A stretch of 64,000 nucleotides of DNA from Octopus sinensis. Taxonomy: Eukaryota. Location: assembly GCF_006345805.1 (NCBI RefSeq), contig NC_042997.1:93186001-93250000 (forward strand). The letters run 5' to 3'. Shown here one piece after another: positions 1 to 13,390 of this stretch; the stretch's first letter is position 1; the number at the start of each line of letters is the position of its first letter. The position numbers and the translations under genes were made by a program. The notes under the pieces were generated by a model. The model saw nothing but the letters and a program-made list of their open reading frames with translations. It was not told the DNA's origin and ran no database searches.

Positions 1-187
1 GAGGCAGAACAACACTCATAACATTTGGTAGGGCCTTAGATAGACTCATGAGCAACTCTTAGATCAGAAACACAAACACTGCTCTAAAGGATTGGTAAGC
101 GAACTATTTGCTCTGGTCCCATACATACCTCGTTATTGTTTGTTTGTTTGTTTGTTTGTGTGGTTGTGTGTGTGTATGTGTGTGTGT

Positions 188-228
<41 letters not shown>

Positions 229-322
229 GCGCGCGAGTGCTTGAGTGTTAGTTCGTGAGCACAATTTACGTCGGTTATTGGTTCGGAGACATGCGACTTA
301 ACTCGAAAAACTACTAGGTGCA

Positions 323-445
323 AGGCGTGGTTGTGTGGTAAGAAGATTGTTTCCCAAGTTTATGACTCCGGGTTCAGTCCCACTGTGTGACACCTTGGGC
401 AAGTGTCTACTACTATAGCATCGAGTCGATCAAAGCCCGTCGTAA
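323..445 (+). mobile_element. tRNA-derived SINE, family B (5' part)
   Basis: ggcgtggttgtgtggtaagaag...ccgggttcagtcccactg...caccttgggcaagtgtc head, shared with copies at 22817, 32337 and 46330. Confidence 0.8.
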
Positions 446-449
446 GTAT

Positions 450-481
<32 letters not shown>

Positions 482-1240
482 ACACACACACACATACATG
501 TATACATTTTGTTTCTCTGTGTGTTTGTCCCACCACCACCACCACCACTACCACCACTGCAAAACCGGTTTTGGTTTGTTTACGAAAGTTGTAAAATATT
601 TACATGTGTATTTCATTTGATTTTTTCACTTAAGTATTAGTTTTCAAATATTAAAAAAAAATTATGCTTTTATATATGTACGTTGAGACTGGCATAGAAT
701 CCGATGAATCGATTCAAGTTGAGTTTTATTTTTTTCCATTAATTCCTTTAAAGAAATTTTCTTAAAAACGACGTACAATCGCAATAGCCGTAACTCGAAA
801 CGACATTGAATTGAAATATGCCAGTATTTTGTTGCTTATGTGTGTGAGAAAATGATATATAACTAATTTGTAATGCATTTAAAATGGTTCATATTACTAG
901 TTTGTTCTCGTATGCAATTCAGGAATGTATGCAAATGATTTAACAAAGGACTTCCCGTTGATATTTTTTATGCATTCATACATGCACGAAACGCATTAGC
1001 ATAAATATGTTATTGTTTTCAAATACATATATATATAATAATATATATAATATGTGTGTGTGTATATGCATGTATGTATGTATGTATGTATGTATGTATG
1101 TATGTATGATGTATGTATGTATGTATGTATGTATTTGTGTGTGTATGTATGTATGTATGTGTGTGTATGTATGTATGTATGTATGTATGTAATGTTATTT
1201 AAGGCGCTAAAAGAGAACGACTCTCCCCAGACACAACAGA

Positions 1241-1274
<34 letters not shown>

Positions 1275-1412
1275 ACTGGGTCGTCCCATAAGTAATGCGG
1301 TTTTTTCAATTGGATGAACTAAAAGTCGGAGCGGGGCAGGATAAACTACTTGCATCAACATGATATAAAAGCAGATAGTAGATTTATCTTGTCCTTATTC
1401 TTAGCACAAGTT

Positions 1413-2908
1413 AGTTTTGTGAGGATTGTTTTGCACTGAGGATTGTTTTGCGCTGAGGAGTGTGTTGTACTGCTTTGCAGCAATTTTTTTGTGAGTGGCG
1501 CCATCTTTATTTGGTGGCCTGTGACGAATGAGCGAAAGGAAGAGTTATGCGGCAGCAACGGGAAGTCAGTGTTCTGTCGTCCTGGGTATGCTGAAACAGA
1601 ATGAACTGCATTGTTATTTAGACCTGCTCCGGAAATCTCAATATATGGTAAAGAGGGAGAGGTCGAACACAAAGTTGACTCTACCAGATGAAGACAAAGT
1701 GAACATGGAAAGCAGGGCGATGATTAATAGAACATTTTTTTTAAAGTAAGAAACTGGAGAATGCAATGCAGGAGGGGGTGGACGAATGTCTGGAAAAATT
1801 TAAGGAAAGCATAACGTTTTATACCAGAGGAAAAAAAATACGCTTCAGTGGCAGTTACCTTTGTCTCAGAAGAGGAGGCAAAAAGACACTCCACTAAGCT
1901 ACTACACGGAGAAAAATGGACACTCCTGCCCACTTTCCTGGGTAAACGAGTTACCAGAATTAGGGTGAGCAGGATCCCACCTAGAATCGATCCAGAATGG
2001 ATAATAGCGGCAATTTTCACCGCAAGAGAGGAAGGAGACAACGAGGAGGTGAACGAAATAATGATAAACCGGACCCAACAAGTAAATTAATGGGGGTAGA
2101 GATAATTTTTATGGCGAATCAAAAAGAGTACGAAGCTATACCAGAAACATTGGAGCAGCTCAATGAAGACAGACTAAATGTTATGTTGGAGGGGAGGCAT
2201 CCGACGTGTCACGAGTGTGAAGAGAAGGGGCACATTAGAAGAAGGTGCCCACAAAAAGGATGGAAACCACAGAAATAGAAACACAAGAAGGCGTAATGGA
2301 AGTGGAGAGGAGGACCCAGGAAGTGGGACAGTACACAGAGTTTATGGAGACCAAAACAAGGAAGGGAAAGAGAGGAAGAGTTCAGCACCTAAAACGGAGC
2401 AACAACAGAAGAAACATAAAGTACAGGAGGAAGTGGACCAAATAACAACGACATGTAGAAGCAGTTCGCCCTTAGGATCACCGAAGAAAAATGCCACAAT
2501 CAGAACAGCAACACCAAGCAAACATACAGACTTACTATCACACAAACATACAGACTCACAGACACAACACACAGACACACAAGACGTACATAGAAACAAA
2601 ATTTTTTTAGTGACATATACGACCCCAAAACTGGAGATCAAAATAACGAAAATAAAAGGATTGTTAGGGTGAATCTTTCAGAGGGATATAATAAGGATAG
2701 AAGATGTATTCTGATGGAGGAAGGAAAACATAGAACTCTGAAAGAAACTTTTCTTTCAGATGTAAATCCACTGGGGCCCGTGGTGAGTATTAAATCCAGC
2801 GCCCCAGTGGTGAATTATGATGACATTAAAAGTGACATAAAATGGAAAGTTGAGAGTATTTTAAAGAAATGTTAAAGGCTCTTTGAAATAATTGAAATCA
2901 CGTAATCA
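1413..2908 (+). mobile_element. non-LTR-type insertion encoding only a frameshifted gag/ORF1-like protein with a CCHC zinc knuckle
   Basis: C-x2-C-x4-H-x4-C (CHECEEKGHIRRRC) at 2207-2248. Broken ORFs at 1528-1749, 1848-2090, 1997-2278 and 2178-2875. Flanked by a ~20-bp duplication of mariner sequence (1393-1412 / 2909-2928). Confidence 0.7.
1497..1508 (+). promoter_or_regulatory. YY1-like motif in the 5' region of the ORF1-only element
   Basis: ggcgccatcttt matches the CGCCATnTT consensus and lies ~20 nt upstream of the first ATG; function is inferred. Confidence 0.35.
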
Positions 2909-4110
2909 CCTTATTCTTAGTGCATATTTTGAAGAGCGCAGTTCGATTTTAACAGTTATTTTTTCAAAGTTGCATTGGAAGTGACGAAGGAGCATATTAG
3001 GCATATTTTGCTTTATGAGTTTAAAAAAGGCAACAACGCAACGGAAAGTGCAGTATATGGAGATCGGACAATATGCGTAAGCCAGTGTCATCGGTGGTTC
3101 CAGAAATGCCGCGCCGGAAACTACAGCCTAGAAGACGAACCTCTTCCTGAAAGATCTGTAGAGCTCGACGAGGACGTCCTGCAAACCTTGGTGGAATACA
3201 ATCTCATCGTAATTGTTGAGGAACTAGCAAAGATGCTTGGATTTAGTCATTCAACCATTCATCGACACCTGCGCTAGAAGTAAAACGACCATCTTTGATT
3301 TCTAGAGGAAAGGTATTTTTCAGTCAGGATAATGCTTGGTCACATACAACGAAGATGACATTCCAAAAACTGGAGCAGTTCGAATGGGAAACGATGCCCC
3401 ACCCATCATATTCGACGGACATTGCCTCATCTAATTATCATTTATTTCGCAATCTTCAAAATCATTTGGACGGGAAAAAATTAAAATTCTGTAGACGAGG
3501 TCAGAACAGTACTCGAGGAGTATTTTTTGCTACGGACAAGGGAATTTTGGAAGAGGAACTTTGAAAATCTACCAGATAGACTGAAGAGCATTGTAGAAAT
3601 GACGGAGAGTATATTTTAGATTAAAAAAGACCTTTGTTTATCTTAATTTTGAAAAAATAAAAGTAGTATTAAAAAAACGCATTATTTATGGGAACACGTA
3701 ATGATAATAATAATAAGTGGATGTAAACACATGAACAAAATAAAAATAAACAAAAACAACAACAAAAACAAATTACATGAACGTATATATACAGAAGATA
3801 CAAATATTACAGGCATCCCCCCACACACTAAATAAACATAGACGCACATAGAGATATAAGCATGCGCAAATGAAGACACATACAATAGAAATACAAAATG
3901 GCTGACGGTTAGTAAGGAGAGACACAAATAAGAAAGAAGAAAACAAAGGACCACTGATGCGGTCACAGGAGTGTGACGAAAGAACTCTGACCGAAATAAG
4001 ATTAAGATTAATGTAAAAAATAAATAACACTGAAGCAAAATAGCACCAAATATATAGTGCGTGTGTTTTTATTGGCTAAACTGGCAAAATGACCATTCCG
4101 AAATATAACA

Positions 4111-4143
<33 letters not shown>

Positions 4144-4215
4144 TGTACATAGATACATACATACATACATACATACATACATGTGTATACATATGTGTAT
4201 ATATTTATATATGTA

Positions 4216-4372
4216 CAAAGGAGAGCTAAAAGGTTCCTAGACGAAAGAGTGTCGCGAAAGAACTTCCGAGTTCTTTTACAGGGCTTAGAAAAACTGAAGG
4301 ACCGCTGCAACAAGCGTATGAATCTGAGAGGAGATTATGTTGAATAAAATCATAATTAACTGATCCACCTGT
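4216..4372 (+). mobile_element. mariner-derived miniature element fragment
   Basis: Encodes the mariner C-terminus LQGLEKLKDRCNKRMNLRGDYVE*; reverse complement of 39300-39480. Confidence 0.65.
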
Positions 4373-4626
4373 ATTTCCATTTGCCCAAAGCCTGCAACTT
4401 TTCAGCACACACCCGTATATATACACACATAAACATATATAGTGGGCAAGGAGCAGCGCGCTTTTAAAATAGGTAGACTTATATCTGCATATAGTAAGAG
4501 TTTACAAAAGGGTGGGGATCAAGTAGAGTACAGGTAGAGTATAGAACAGTAACGTACTGCCCCAAAATTCCTTCCATGTCAGCGGACTTAAAACGATGGC
4601 TCCAGCGTTGATGACGACTACGATGC

Positions 4627-4658
<32 letters not shown>

Positions 4659-5337
4659 GTACGTACGTATGTGCACACACACACACACGCGCGCGCGCAC
4701 ACACACACATACACACACACATATATATATGTATGTTGTCTATCTATGTATATATATCTATATTCATATGTGTGTATGTGTGTGTGTTTGTGTATGCATG
4801 TATGTGCGTGTGTATGTGTGCATGTATGTATATGTGTACTTTCTAGTTTACAAACCAATGGAAAAGTATTCTATAGAAAAGGGAAATGTAATTATTCATT
4901 GCAATGCTCAGATGCGCTGCCCGTGACTACCCCGAATGCTGCGAGTGTCGTAGACCGAGTAACATGAACAGAGACACTTGAAAACTCAACGTAGTTGCAG
5001 AGAGTATTCTTAGCTCGTGTTAGTAGTAATAAAACCCTTGAGAAACGACAACTCTTTCTCTTCCTCACGAGCCAGGACAAGACATATGAATTGTGGTCCT
5101 TGCTGTGGCTGGTTGAGAAATAGCGAGGATTTCAAAGAAACAACCATAACGCTGAGCAATAATTCAGACGAACGAGAACAAATGCGTGCAGAACAAATAT
5201 CATCTCTTGTACACTTGCAAAATATACTCGAAATCCACTTCCTCCTCACTTGTAATATGAATACAGCTCAATGCTTTAATATTCATTATTGCCACTTTCT
5301 GCACAGTTTCTGGTGTCACCTGAGCGTGCGATCTACC

Positions 5338-5466
5338 GAGCTTTTTACACTTTAGAGTGCGGTCTAACCTTAATCCCTCACCTCTAACCTTAAACCATAA
5401 ACTCTATAAGATCATTTTAAAGTAAAGACAATGGTTGCTGCGGTACACCGCACGCTAAAGTAGCTC
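5338..5466. mobile_element. small inverted-repeat element with internal taacct/ccct repeats
   Basis: actttagagtgcgg (5349-62) is inverted to ccgcacgctaaagt (5448-61); outer gagct/agctc. Confidence 0.45.
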
Positions 5467-5814
5467 CCAGTTTGTAACACTGGGATTTCAGTTTATCCCG
5501 GTTCTGTGTATTCAGATTGAACTCCGTATGAAGGATGAGAGTTAAGTGCTTGAAACGTTCATAAACTGAATTGCCTTTTGTTTCCACGTAAATTGTATAA
5601 CATAAAAAGAATGTATATATTTGTATTATTACTATCTAGCCACAGGTGAGGCCTGATTGAGTTATTTTATCTTTCATTTCTCAATTGATCGACTGTATAA
5701 ATATTAGTCAAGTACTAATATTGGTTACTCCTGACCTGCGCCTATGTTTGACATTTGTATAACTATTATAAGGGTGTGAATTACTGTTATTGCTTACTTT
5801 TACTGTTTGAACTT

Positions 5815-6090
5815 AGATGGAGAGCTGACAGAATCGTTACCGTGCCAGAAAAAAATGCCTAGTAGCACATCTTGAAGCTTTACGTTCTGAGTTCAAATTC
5901 TACCAAGGTTAAATTTGTCTTTCATCCTTTCAGGGTTGATAAAATAAAGTACAAGCTGGACTTATGCCTCTTACTAAAATTCCTGGCCTTGTGCAAAAAT
6001 CTAAAATTATTATTGCTAGATCTGGTTAATTACTATATCAAGATACATTATAGAACGTGGTTGAGGTCGATTTACCCTTCAGGTTAATTA
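5815..6090 (+). mobile_element. degenerate SINE family A
   Basis: gagctgacagaatcgtt...acgttctgagttcaaattc...tttcatcctttcagggttgataaaataaagtac. Confidence 0.7.
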
Positions 6091-7252
6091 AAGTCCTGAA
6101 AATGTACCGAGACACAATTCAATCGATTACACCTCTCTACAGAATGTATGGCTTTATAAAAATGTAATAAGGTCGTCGGTAACAGAACTGGAAGATCACT
6201 AGATAAAATATGTTGAGGTAATTCGGTACGTACTTGTGGTTCCTAAGTTCTAAAGTCACCTGACTTGAACTCTTCCTTTTTTTATGTCCTGAATTTAAAA
6301 AAAACTGGAGTGAAGATCTGGAGTTGATTTAATTGGGTGAACCTTAGACCGAAATTTATTGCTTTGTGCTACGCTTTAGGCATTGATATAGATGCTGATT
6401 TGCACTACTTAATTTCTGTTACTTTTCTATTCCAATAGACATCAGCTTTACCTTTCATCCACCAGAATCGATAAAATTTGTGCCAGTAATGCATTCGGGA
6501 TTATCCGTTATACTCCTACATTACAAACGTGTAGGTTTCTGAAAATGTAAAAACCCATTATCATCATCATTGAAGTTGTCATCGTTGTCATCGTATTTAC
6601 CGAAGACGCGGTTTTTGGCGTGACTTGTATCACATTCTTGTCAATAGCGTGTGTTAACGCGTTACTTCTCCCGCAGCGAGTCATATTGCCTAAAAGCAGT
6701 TTCTGTTTTATGTACAAGAATATGAATAGGTGAAAGGTACAACGTAGAAAGGTGTCAAACGTCTTGATCAACCAATAAATTGACATAGAACTTATTATAT
6801 GTTACAATACTTTTTTTTATATATACGAAAGGAAATTCAGTTAATTTATTAGACAAGAAAGAGAAACAGCTAGATAATTTAGCATGGAAAAAGACATATG
6901 ATCTATCAAGTGTAACTTCAAACGCAAAAAGAAAGAGAAAAATAAAATCCTGTCATTTGCCCTAATAGTTTTACGCATTTCAAACTTTTTCCCACGTCCC
7001 AAGAAACAAAAGCAATCCACATACTTTCATAAACAATAAGTAGGTCTTACATTATAATATAAACAGACGACAGGAAAGGCTGGTTGTTAGCACCTTAGAT
7101 TTCTAGAAATTACCATCAGTGAGTTAATTTTTCCTCTAAGTTTTTCTTCGTGTTAAACTTAAACACATGATTATCTTGTCATATACAGAAAAATACATGT
7201 GTAAATTCGCTTGCATGTATGTATATGTGCATGTATGCATCAATGTATGCAT

Positions 7253-7312
<60 letters not shown>

Positions 7313-7346
7313 TGTGTGTGTGTGTATGTGTGTGTGTGTGTGTATG

Positions 7347-7393
<47 letters not shown>

Positions 7394-7400
7394 ATGTATA

Positions 7401-8611
7401 CTGAACTACAAAAGAAACGGCGCACTGTTAAAGAGTATTTGTTTTGCACACGATATTGAAATTATATGGATTTTATCACGTTTCTAAGTAATTTGACATC
7501 AGGAAGATGTCGCTGACCCACAACACCATTCACTTTTGAAACCGCAAGGATTGCATGTAAGGTTCGAACTCGCTCACTTTCCGTGAACATGGTAATGCTC
7601 ACAAACGCAACTTTATGATCGCCACCTGCACCGACAGCACTTGTAGAACCGATTCCGGAGGGCAACGGAATCAACTAGGTAGACTATAGGGACTCACCAC
7701 ATTTGTGCAGAGACAGTTCGCCGCCAACTGAGAGCTTTCAATCTTCCCTGACGACGTCCGGCTAGAGGCCCCATTCTCACAGATCGTCATCGACGGGCAC
7801 GTCTGCAGAGGGCTCAAAAACGTCAGACCTGGCGATATAAGCAGTGGAGGACTGTAGTCTTCTCTGGCAAGAGTCGATATTACATTGCTGTGAAAGATGG
7901 CAGAGCTAGGGTTTGGAGAACAAAGAGTGAATGTCATGCCGATGGCTGTGAGGTGGAGAGAGATTCATGGGGAGGACAGAATATCATGGTATGGGGTGGG
8001 ATTGCACTCAACCAGAAACTGGGACTGGTGGTCTTCCAAAACATCAGCCCAAGCCGTAGCAATGGAATAACTGCTGCTCGCTACATCAACCAAATGTTGA
8101 GTTCTCACATTGTGCTATACTTTGCCCGTCATTGGAATCACGTGTTCCAACACGACAACACCCATATCCATACTGCTAGATTGACAACAAACTTCCTCCA
8201 ACAGCACAACATCCAGATACTGCTATGGCCTGCCCTATGTCCGGACCTTATAGAGCACCTCTGGGACGAAATCCAAAGAAGGCTAAATGACATCTGTCCA
8301 AGGCTGACAATCGCGGCACAACTCACTGCAAATTTTAACAAAATGTGGGCTACTATCCTTATGGGCGTCATCAATCGTTTGGTGCACTGAATGTACAGAA
8401 GATGCCTGGCGGTAATCAGTGCTAACGGTGGTCACACGAGATATTAATCCAGTACTCTCCGCCATCATGTGATACCATATGACGTCAAACTTGCTTCAGG
8501 AAATGACTTTTTATCATTAGGATAAGAACGATTTCTTCAATCAATGCTATGGCAGTCTATTAATAAATCGTTTTCTACTTAGTATGTGTGCGACGTTTCT
8601 TTTGTGGTTCA

Positions 8612-8612
<1 letters not shown>
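7401..8612 (+). mobile_element. Tc1-type transposon, decayed
   Basis: TA TSD at 7399-7400 and 8613-14. 25-bp TIRs ctgaac(t/c)acaaaagaaacg(g/t)cgcac. Transposase motifs WRTVVFS, IMVWGGI, FQHDN, WPALCPDLIEHLWDEI. Confidence 0.92.

Positions 8613-8614
<2 letters not shown>

Positions 8615-8705
<91 letters not shown>
8615..8705. repeat. (TA)n microsatellite
   Basis: Direct. Confidence 0.95.
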
Positions 8706-9690
8706 ATAATAATAAATATTAGGGAATAAATCCAAACTTACAGGAAAAATCAGATTTAGGATTGAATCCAATTTTATAGTAAAATATTATATTTTGTCTC
8801 TAATTAATATAATATATATTATATATATATATATATATATACATCCCGTAGTGTCTAGCCAAGAAATTTTGTACTATTGTCGATGATTCAAATACCAGAA
8901 ACACAAGACCTATAGAACTCAAAGGATTTCTGCTCAACCAGAAAATAGCATACAACAAGCAAAAGAGATACCTATAGAACAACTTAGAGCAACACGAAAA
9001 AGATCAACCCATCAAAGGAACACAATACCATTTCTAGTAACACACAATCCCCATCATCAAAACATTTTTAACATCATCAAAACAAATTTGCCAATCATAG
9101 AACAAAGTGAAAAAAATTTTTAAACCCAGTTAGAAACTATTAACAAAAGCAAAATTCAACATGAACAAACAGGATAAAATTTTCACAGTATCCAAGTGTA
9201 ATGATAACAGATGTGGAATGTGTTAGAACAAAAAACGGACAGATTTTCGCAAATGCAGATATGAACTGCAAAAGCAGAAATTTAATCTACTGCATTAAAT
9301 GCCCTAATTGCGATAAACTATATATTGGAGAGACAGGAAATGCATTATCGGAACGCTCACGAGTCCACCGACAACAAATCCGGAACACCAATGTTCGCTC
9401 AATGGAATTTAGCGAACATCTGGTCAGAAAATGTTTCCTACAAACTGCATGACACAAGTGAGGTTGGAAGAAAGATAAAAGGAAAATGGTTTAATAAAAT
9501 GTTCAAACCGGTTCTGAACGGAAATAACCAGTTAATGATGTGAATTAATAAATATAAACAGGTTACAGAATATTGGTACGCCTAGCAAACCGTGACGTTT
9601 AAGAGCATGCGGGTTGGTCAAAAAGCTATTCTAAAATTCTAAGAGGTGAAGAACTCAACAGTCAGTTAAGCACATTTGAAATCTGATTAA
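8705..9690 (+). mobile_element. Penelope-like element remnant (RT C-terminal linker plus GIY-YIG endonuclease)
   Basis: TIPFLVTHNP and NCKSRNLIYCIKCPNCDKLYIGETGNALSERSRVH (9201-9452). The terminal motif aatattagggaataaatccaaacttacagg recurs inverted at ~17885-17970 and ~45178-45225. Confidence 0.85.
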
Positions 9691-9712
9691 TACACTATAT
9701 ATGAAAGCGCTA

Positions 9713-9923
9713 GGGCGGCGAGCTGGCAGAAACGTTAGCGCGCCGGGCGAAATGCTTCGCGGTATTTCGTCTGTCGTTACGTTCTGAGTTCAAATTCCGC
9801 CGAGGTCGACTTTGCCTTTCATCCTTTCGGGGTCGCACTGGGATCGATATAATCGACTTAATCTGTTTGTCTGTCCTTGTTTGTCCCTTCTATGTTTAGC
9901 CCCTTGTGGGTAGTAAAGAAATA
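9713..9923 (+). mobile_element. SINE family A, full-length, with perfect 17-bp TSD
   Basis: A-box-like gagctggcagaa and B-box gagttcaaat; TSD tatatatgaaagcgcta at 9696-9712 and 9924-9940. Confidence 0.93.
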
Positions 9924-11529
9924 TATATATGAAAGCGCTAATTTAACTTTATGAGCATTAAAAAATAATCTTTTTATGTTAAAATGTTAAAATATAAAAA
10001 AAATCGCGAAAATGAGACCATGTTTTAACTTTATTCAACTGATATATATAAACACATACATACATACATACATACATATAAACACATACACACATATAAT
10101 ATGTGTGTGTGGAGGGAGATAACACAATTTTTTAATGGGGGCGGTCAGATAACCAAAAAGTACCCCGTTATTTACCAGTTACGATACAAAGTAATTAAGT
10201 GAATAAATAAATAGATGAATAATATAAAACAAAAATAAATAGATGAATAATATAAAACAAAAATAAATAAATAAATAAATGACACTATGCGTGTGTGTTT
10301 AGAGAAAGATATATTCACAATGTAACAATATGCTAGCCCCGAACGTGACACAAAACAAGATTTCTGTAGCCTTGTAAAAATTTTATTGTAATTTCTCACT
10401 TTTGTACGAAAGCTACAGCGTTTATGAGGAAAAACAACGAACTTATTGTGTAAATCCTGACAAATTTTCATAAACCAAGCCTGTAATATTATTGATTCGT
10501 TACAATACATAAAGTCACGTTGCTGACATTACTTCAGTAGTTATTCATGCATATAAATAGCGGAGCACTTGGACATTTATATATTCTCGCAAAATTGTGC
10601 TTGCAGTATGACAGAATACTCAAAAAGTTACATGAACTAAAACTTCTTAAACAATAGCCGATCCTTTACACTTGTCTCGACAACAACAACTGAAAAGAAA
10701 AATGTAGTGATTCCCACTGTACTTATTTTGAAAAGCATATCTAACTATTTCTAATAATGACGAAGCAAAATTTATTAAAAACACAGAACAAAGGCTTCAA
10801 CCTAAATATTAGGATAACTTGTCTTGCGCTTTCAACTCCATCCCTCTCCAAGTCTGACAATAGTCAATTTCTTCCAGAATGAAAGTGAGAGAGAAAGAGG
10901 GAGAGAGAGCGGGAGAGAGGGAGATAGAGAGAAAGAGGGAGAAAACGAAAGAAGGCAAGATATAGAAAAAGAGTGACTGAAAGAAAAGAAATTGACTTTA
11001 GCACATGCACTTGGTTTATCCATCCTGAAAGGACGAAAGATTAAGTTGACTTTGACGAGATTTGAACTCAGAGTTTAGATGTTTAACAATTACAACCAAA
11101 CCCTCCGAGAGAAATTTTGCTAGGTGAAACAGGATTCCTTTTGAGTCCCACCTTGCAAGAGTGTGTGGCTTAGCTACGGTTGAATAGTTGCAAATACTTT
11201 GCATGAAATTATTTGGATCGTATTGACGTCAATCAATCTATTAAAAGATATTACTCATCTGCTAATGCAGTATTGTTTTCTCACTTATTTGTTACTTATG
11301 CACACACACACACACACATGTATATATACACACGTAGGCAAGCACACACACACGCTTATATATGAACTTCTTGAACTTTTCAGTCGTTGAGATGTGCCAT
11401 CAACGAAAACTTCATTTCTAAGTAGAAAAGAAAAAAATAAATCAGTTTATCAACAGTATTGAAGACTTAGTACATGAGAAGAAATGTATTTGAACCAAAT
11501 GGCTTGAAATATTTCTTGATACTAAAGAA

Positions 11530-11852
11530 AGCTGGTAGAATCGTTAGCACGCCGGGCAAAATTCTTAGGGGCATTTCATCCTTCTTTACATTCTGAGTTC
11601 AAATTCCGCCGACGTCGAACTTGCTTTTCATTATTTCGGGATCAATAAAATATGTACCAGTTGAGGACTTGGGGTCGATGTAATCGACTTGTTCTTTCTC
11701 CCGTAATTGTTGGCCTTGTGTCAAAACTTAAAACCAATGTTGTATGCCATGTATACTTTTCTTTTATCATTCCAACTTATTTAAATCCTTGGATTTTATG
11801 TCCATCTTAGTATTGCTCTTCTCATCAGCCACTCTGAAAGCAAATAAAAAAA

Positions 11853-11897
<45 letters not shown>

Positions 11898-12106
11898 GTT
11901 ATTATTATTATTATTATTATTAAGGCGGGCGAAACGCATAGCAGCATTTCGTCTGTTTTCATGTTCTAAGTTGAAATCCCGCTGAGGTCGACTTTACCTT
12001 TCATCCTTTCGGGGGGTCGAGAAATTAAGTACCAGTGAATCACTGGGTTCGATGTGTTTGACCGGTCCCCGCCACCAAAAATTTCTGGCCTAGTTCTTTA
12101 GTAGAA

Positions 12107-12156
<50 letters not shown>

Positions 12157-12385
12157 CATTATTATTATTATTATTAGGCGGCGAGCTAGCAGAATCGTTA
12201 GCACTCCGGGAAAAATGCTCAGTGGCATTTCGTCTGTCTTTATGTTTTGGGTTGAAATTCCGTCGAGGTCGACCTTGCCTTTTATCCTTGCGTGATGGAT
12301 AAATTATATACCAGTGAAACCCTGGGGTCGATATTATCAACTAGTTCCCCCCGTCAAAATTTCAGGTTTTGTACCTTTAACAGAA
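11530..12385 (+). mobile_element. three head-to-tail SINE family A copies separated by (ATC)n/(ATT)n
   Basis: Copies at about 11530-11720, 11920-12100 and 12176-12385. Confidence 0.85.
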
Positions 12386-12400
12386 AGGATCATCATCATG

Positions 12401-12433
<33 letters not shown>

Positions 12434-12435
12434 GA

Positions 12436-12905
12436 GGGTGAGAGCAGTTCATGCCAACACAGTGACACTGGGGTAAAATATACGAAGCCCAATATACCCA
12501 TCATGACTACCCGTCTGATAAGGGTACACCAGGCACAGACATCACAACCATATGTGCGCGACATGGTGATCTCATATCAAGATAAACAGCACATGACCTT
12601 GCAGGTGGGGCCCAGTTAGAAATTTCTTCAGGTTGAGTAGCCCATCCCGCTCAAAAGGTCCCTGGATAAGGGTTGTTTAAGGATGTTGAAAGAACCACCC
12701 ATGTTTCCAGAGGTGAATTATTCAAACCCCAAAGAATCCCTCTCAACACATGGCTATGATGCTCCCCCACTACTTCTGCTCGTGATCAGAGATGCACATA
12801 TCGTCAGCCACTAAGGGACATGCTCAACTGGTTAAGGTCAAACAACTGACAAGTAAATCTGTGGTATTGAGCAGAATATTTGCTGTAGCCCATCTTTTAT
12901 ACCAA
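12436..12905. repeat. probable interspersed repeat of uncertain class between (ATT)n tracts
   Basis: GC-richer 470-bp block bounded by (ATT)n on both sides. Single copy in the window, so repeat status is inferred. Confidence 0.4.
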
Positions 12906-12954
12906 ATTATTATTATTATTATTATTATCATCATCATTATCATCATTATTATTA

Positions 12955-12994
<40 letters not shown>

Positions 12995-12998
12995 CATA

Positions 12999-13390
12999 AG
13001 GCGGCGAGCTGGCAGAAACGTTAGCACGCCGGGCGAAATACTTAGCCGTATTTCGTCTGCCGTTACGTTCTGAGTTCAAATCCCACCGAGGTCAACTTTG
13101 CCTTTCATCCTTTCGCGGTCGATAAATTAAGTACCAGTTAAGCACTGGGGTCGATCTAATCGACTTCATCCCTTTGTCTGTCCTTGTTTGTCCTCTCTGT
13201 GTTTAGCCTCTTTTGGGTAGTAAAGAAATAGGTATCTCGTCTGACTTTTCGTCCTCAGTTCAAATTCCGCCGAGGTCGATTTTGCCTTTCATCCTTTCGG
13301 GGTCGGTAAAATTAGTACCAACTGAGCATTGGGATCGACGTAATCGACCCGCCCCCGAAATTGCTGGCCATGTGCCAAAATTTGAAATCA
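12999..13390 (+). mobile_element. SINE family A full copy plus partial tandem copy
   Basis: ggcggcgagctggcagaaacgttagcacgccgggcgaaat... to aaagaaataggtat, then a restart at ttcaaattccgccgagg. Confidence 0.9.

Larger units (their letters stand above)
1276..3698 (+). mobile_element. mariner (DD34D-type) transposon, internally deleted and split by a nested insertion
   Basis: TA at 1274-75 and 3699-3700. Degenerate TIRs share cccataa.taatgcg. HTH segment MEVTKEHIRHILLYEFKKG...RWFQK (2975-3277) and QDNA...HPSYSTDIASSNYHLF (3295-3564). Colinear with the copy at 30155. Confidence 0.9.
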
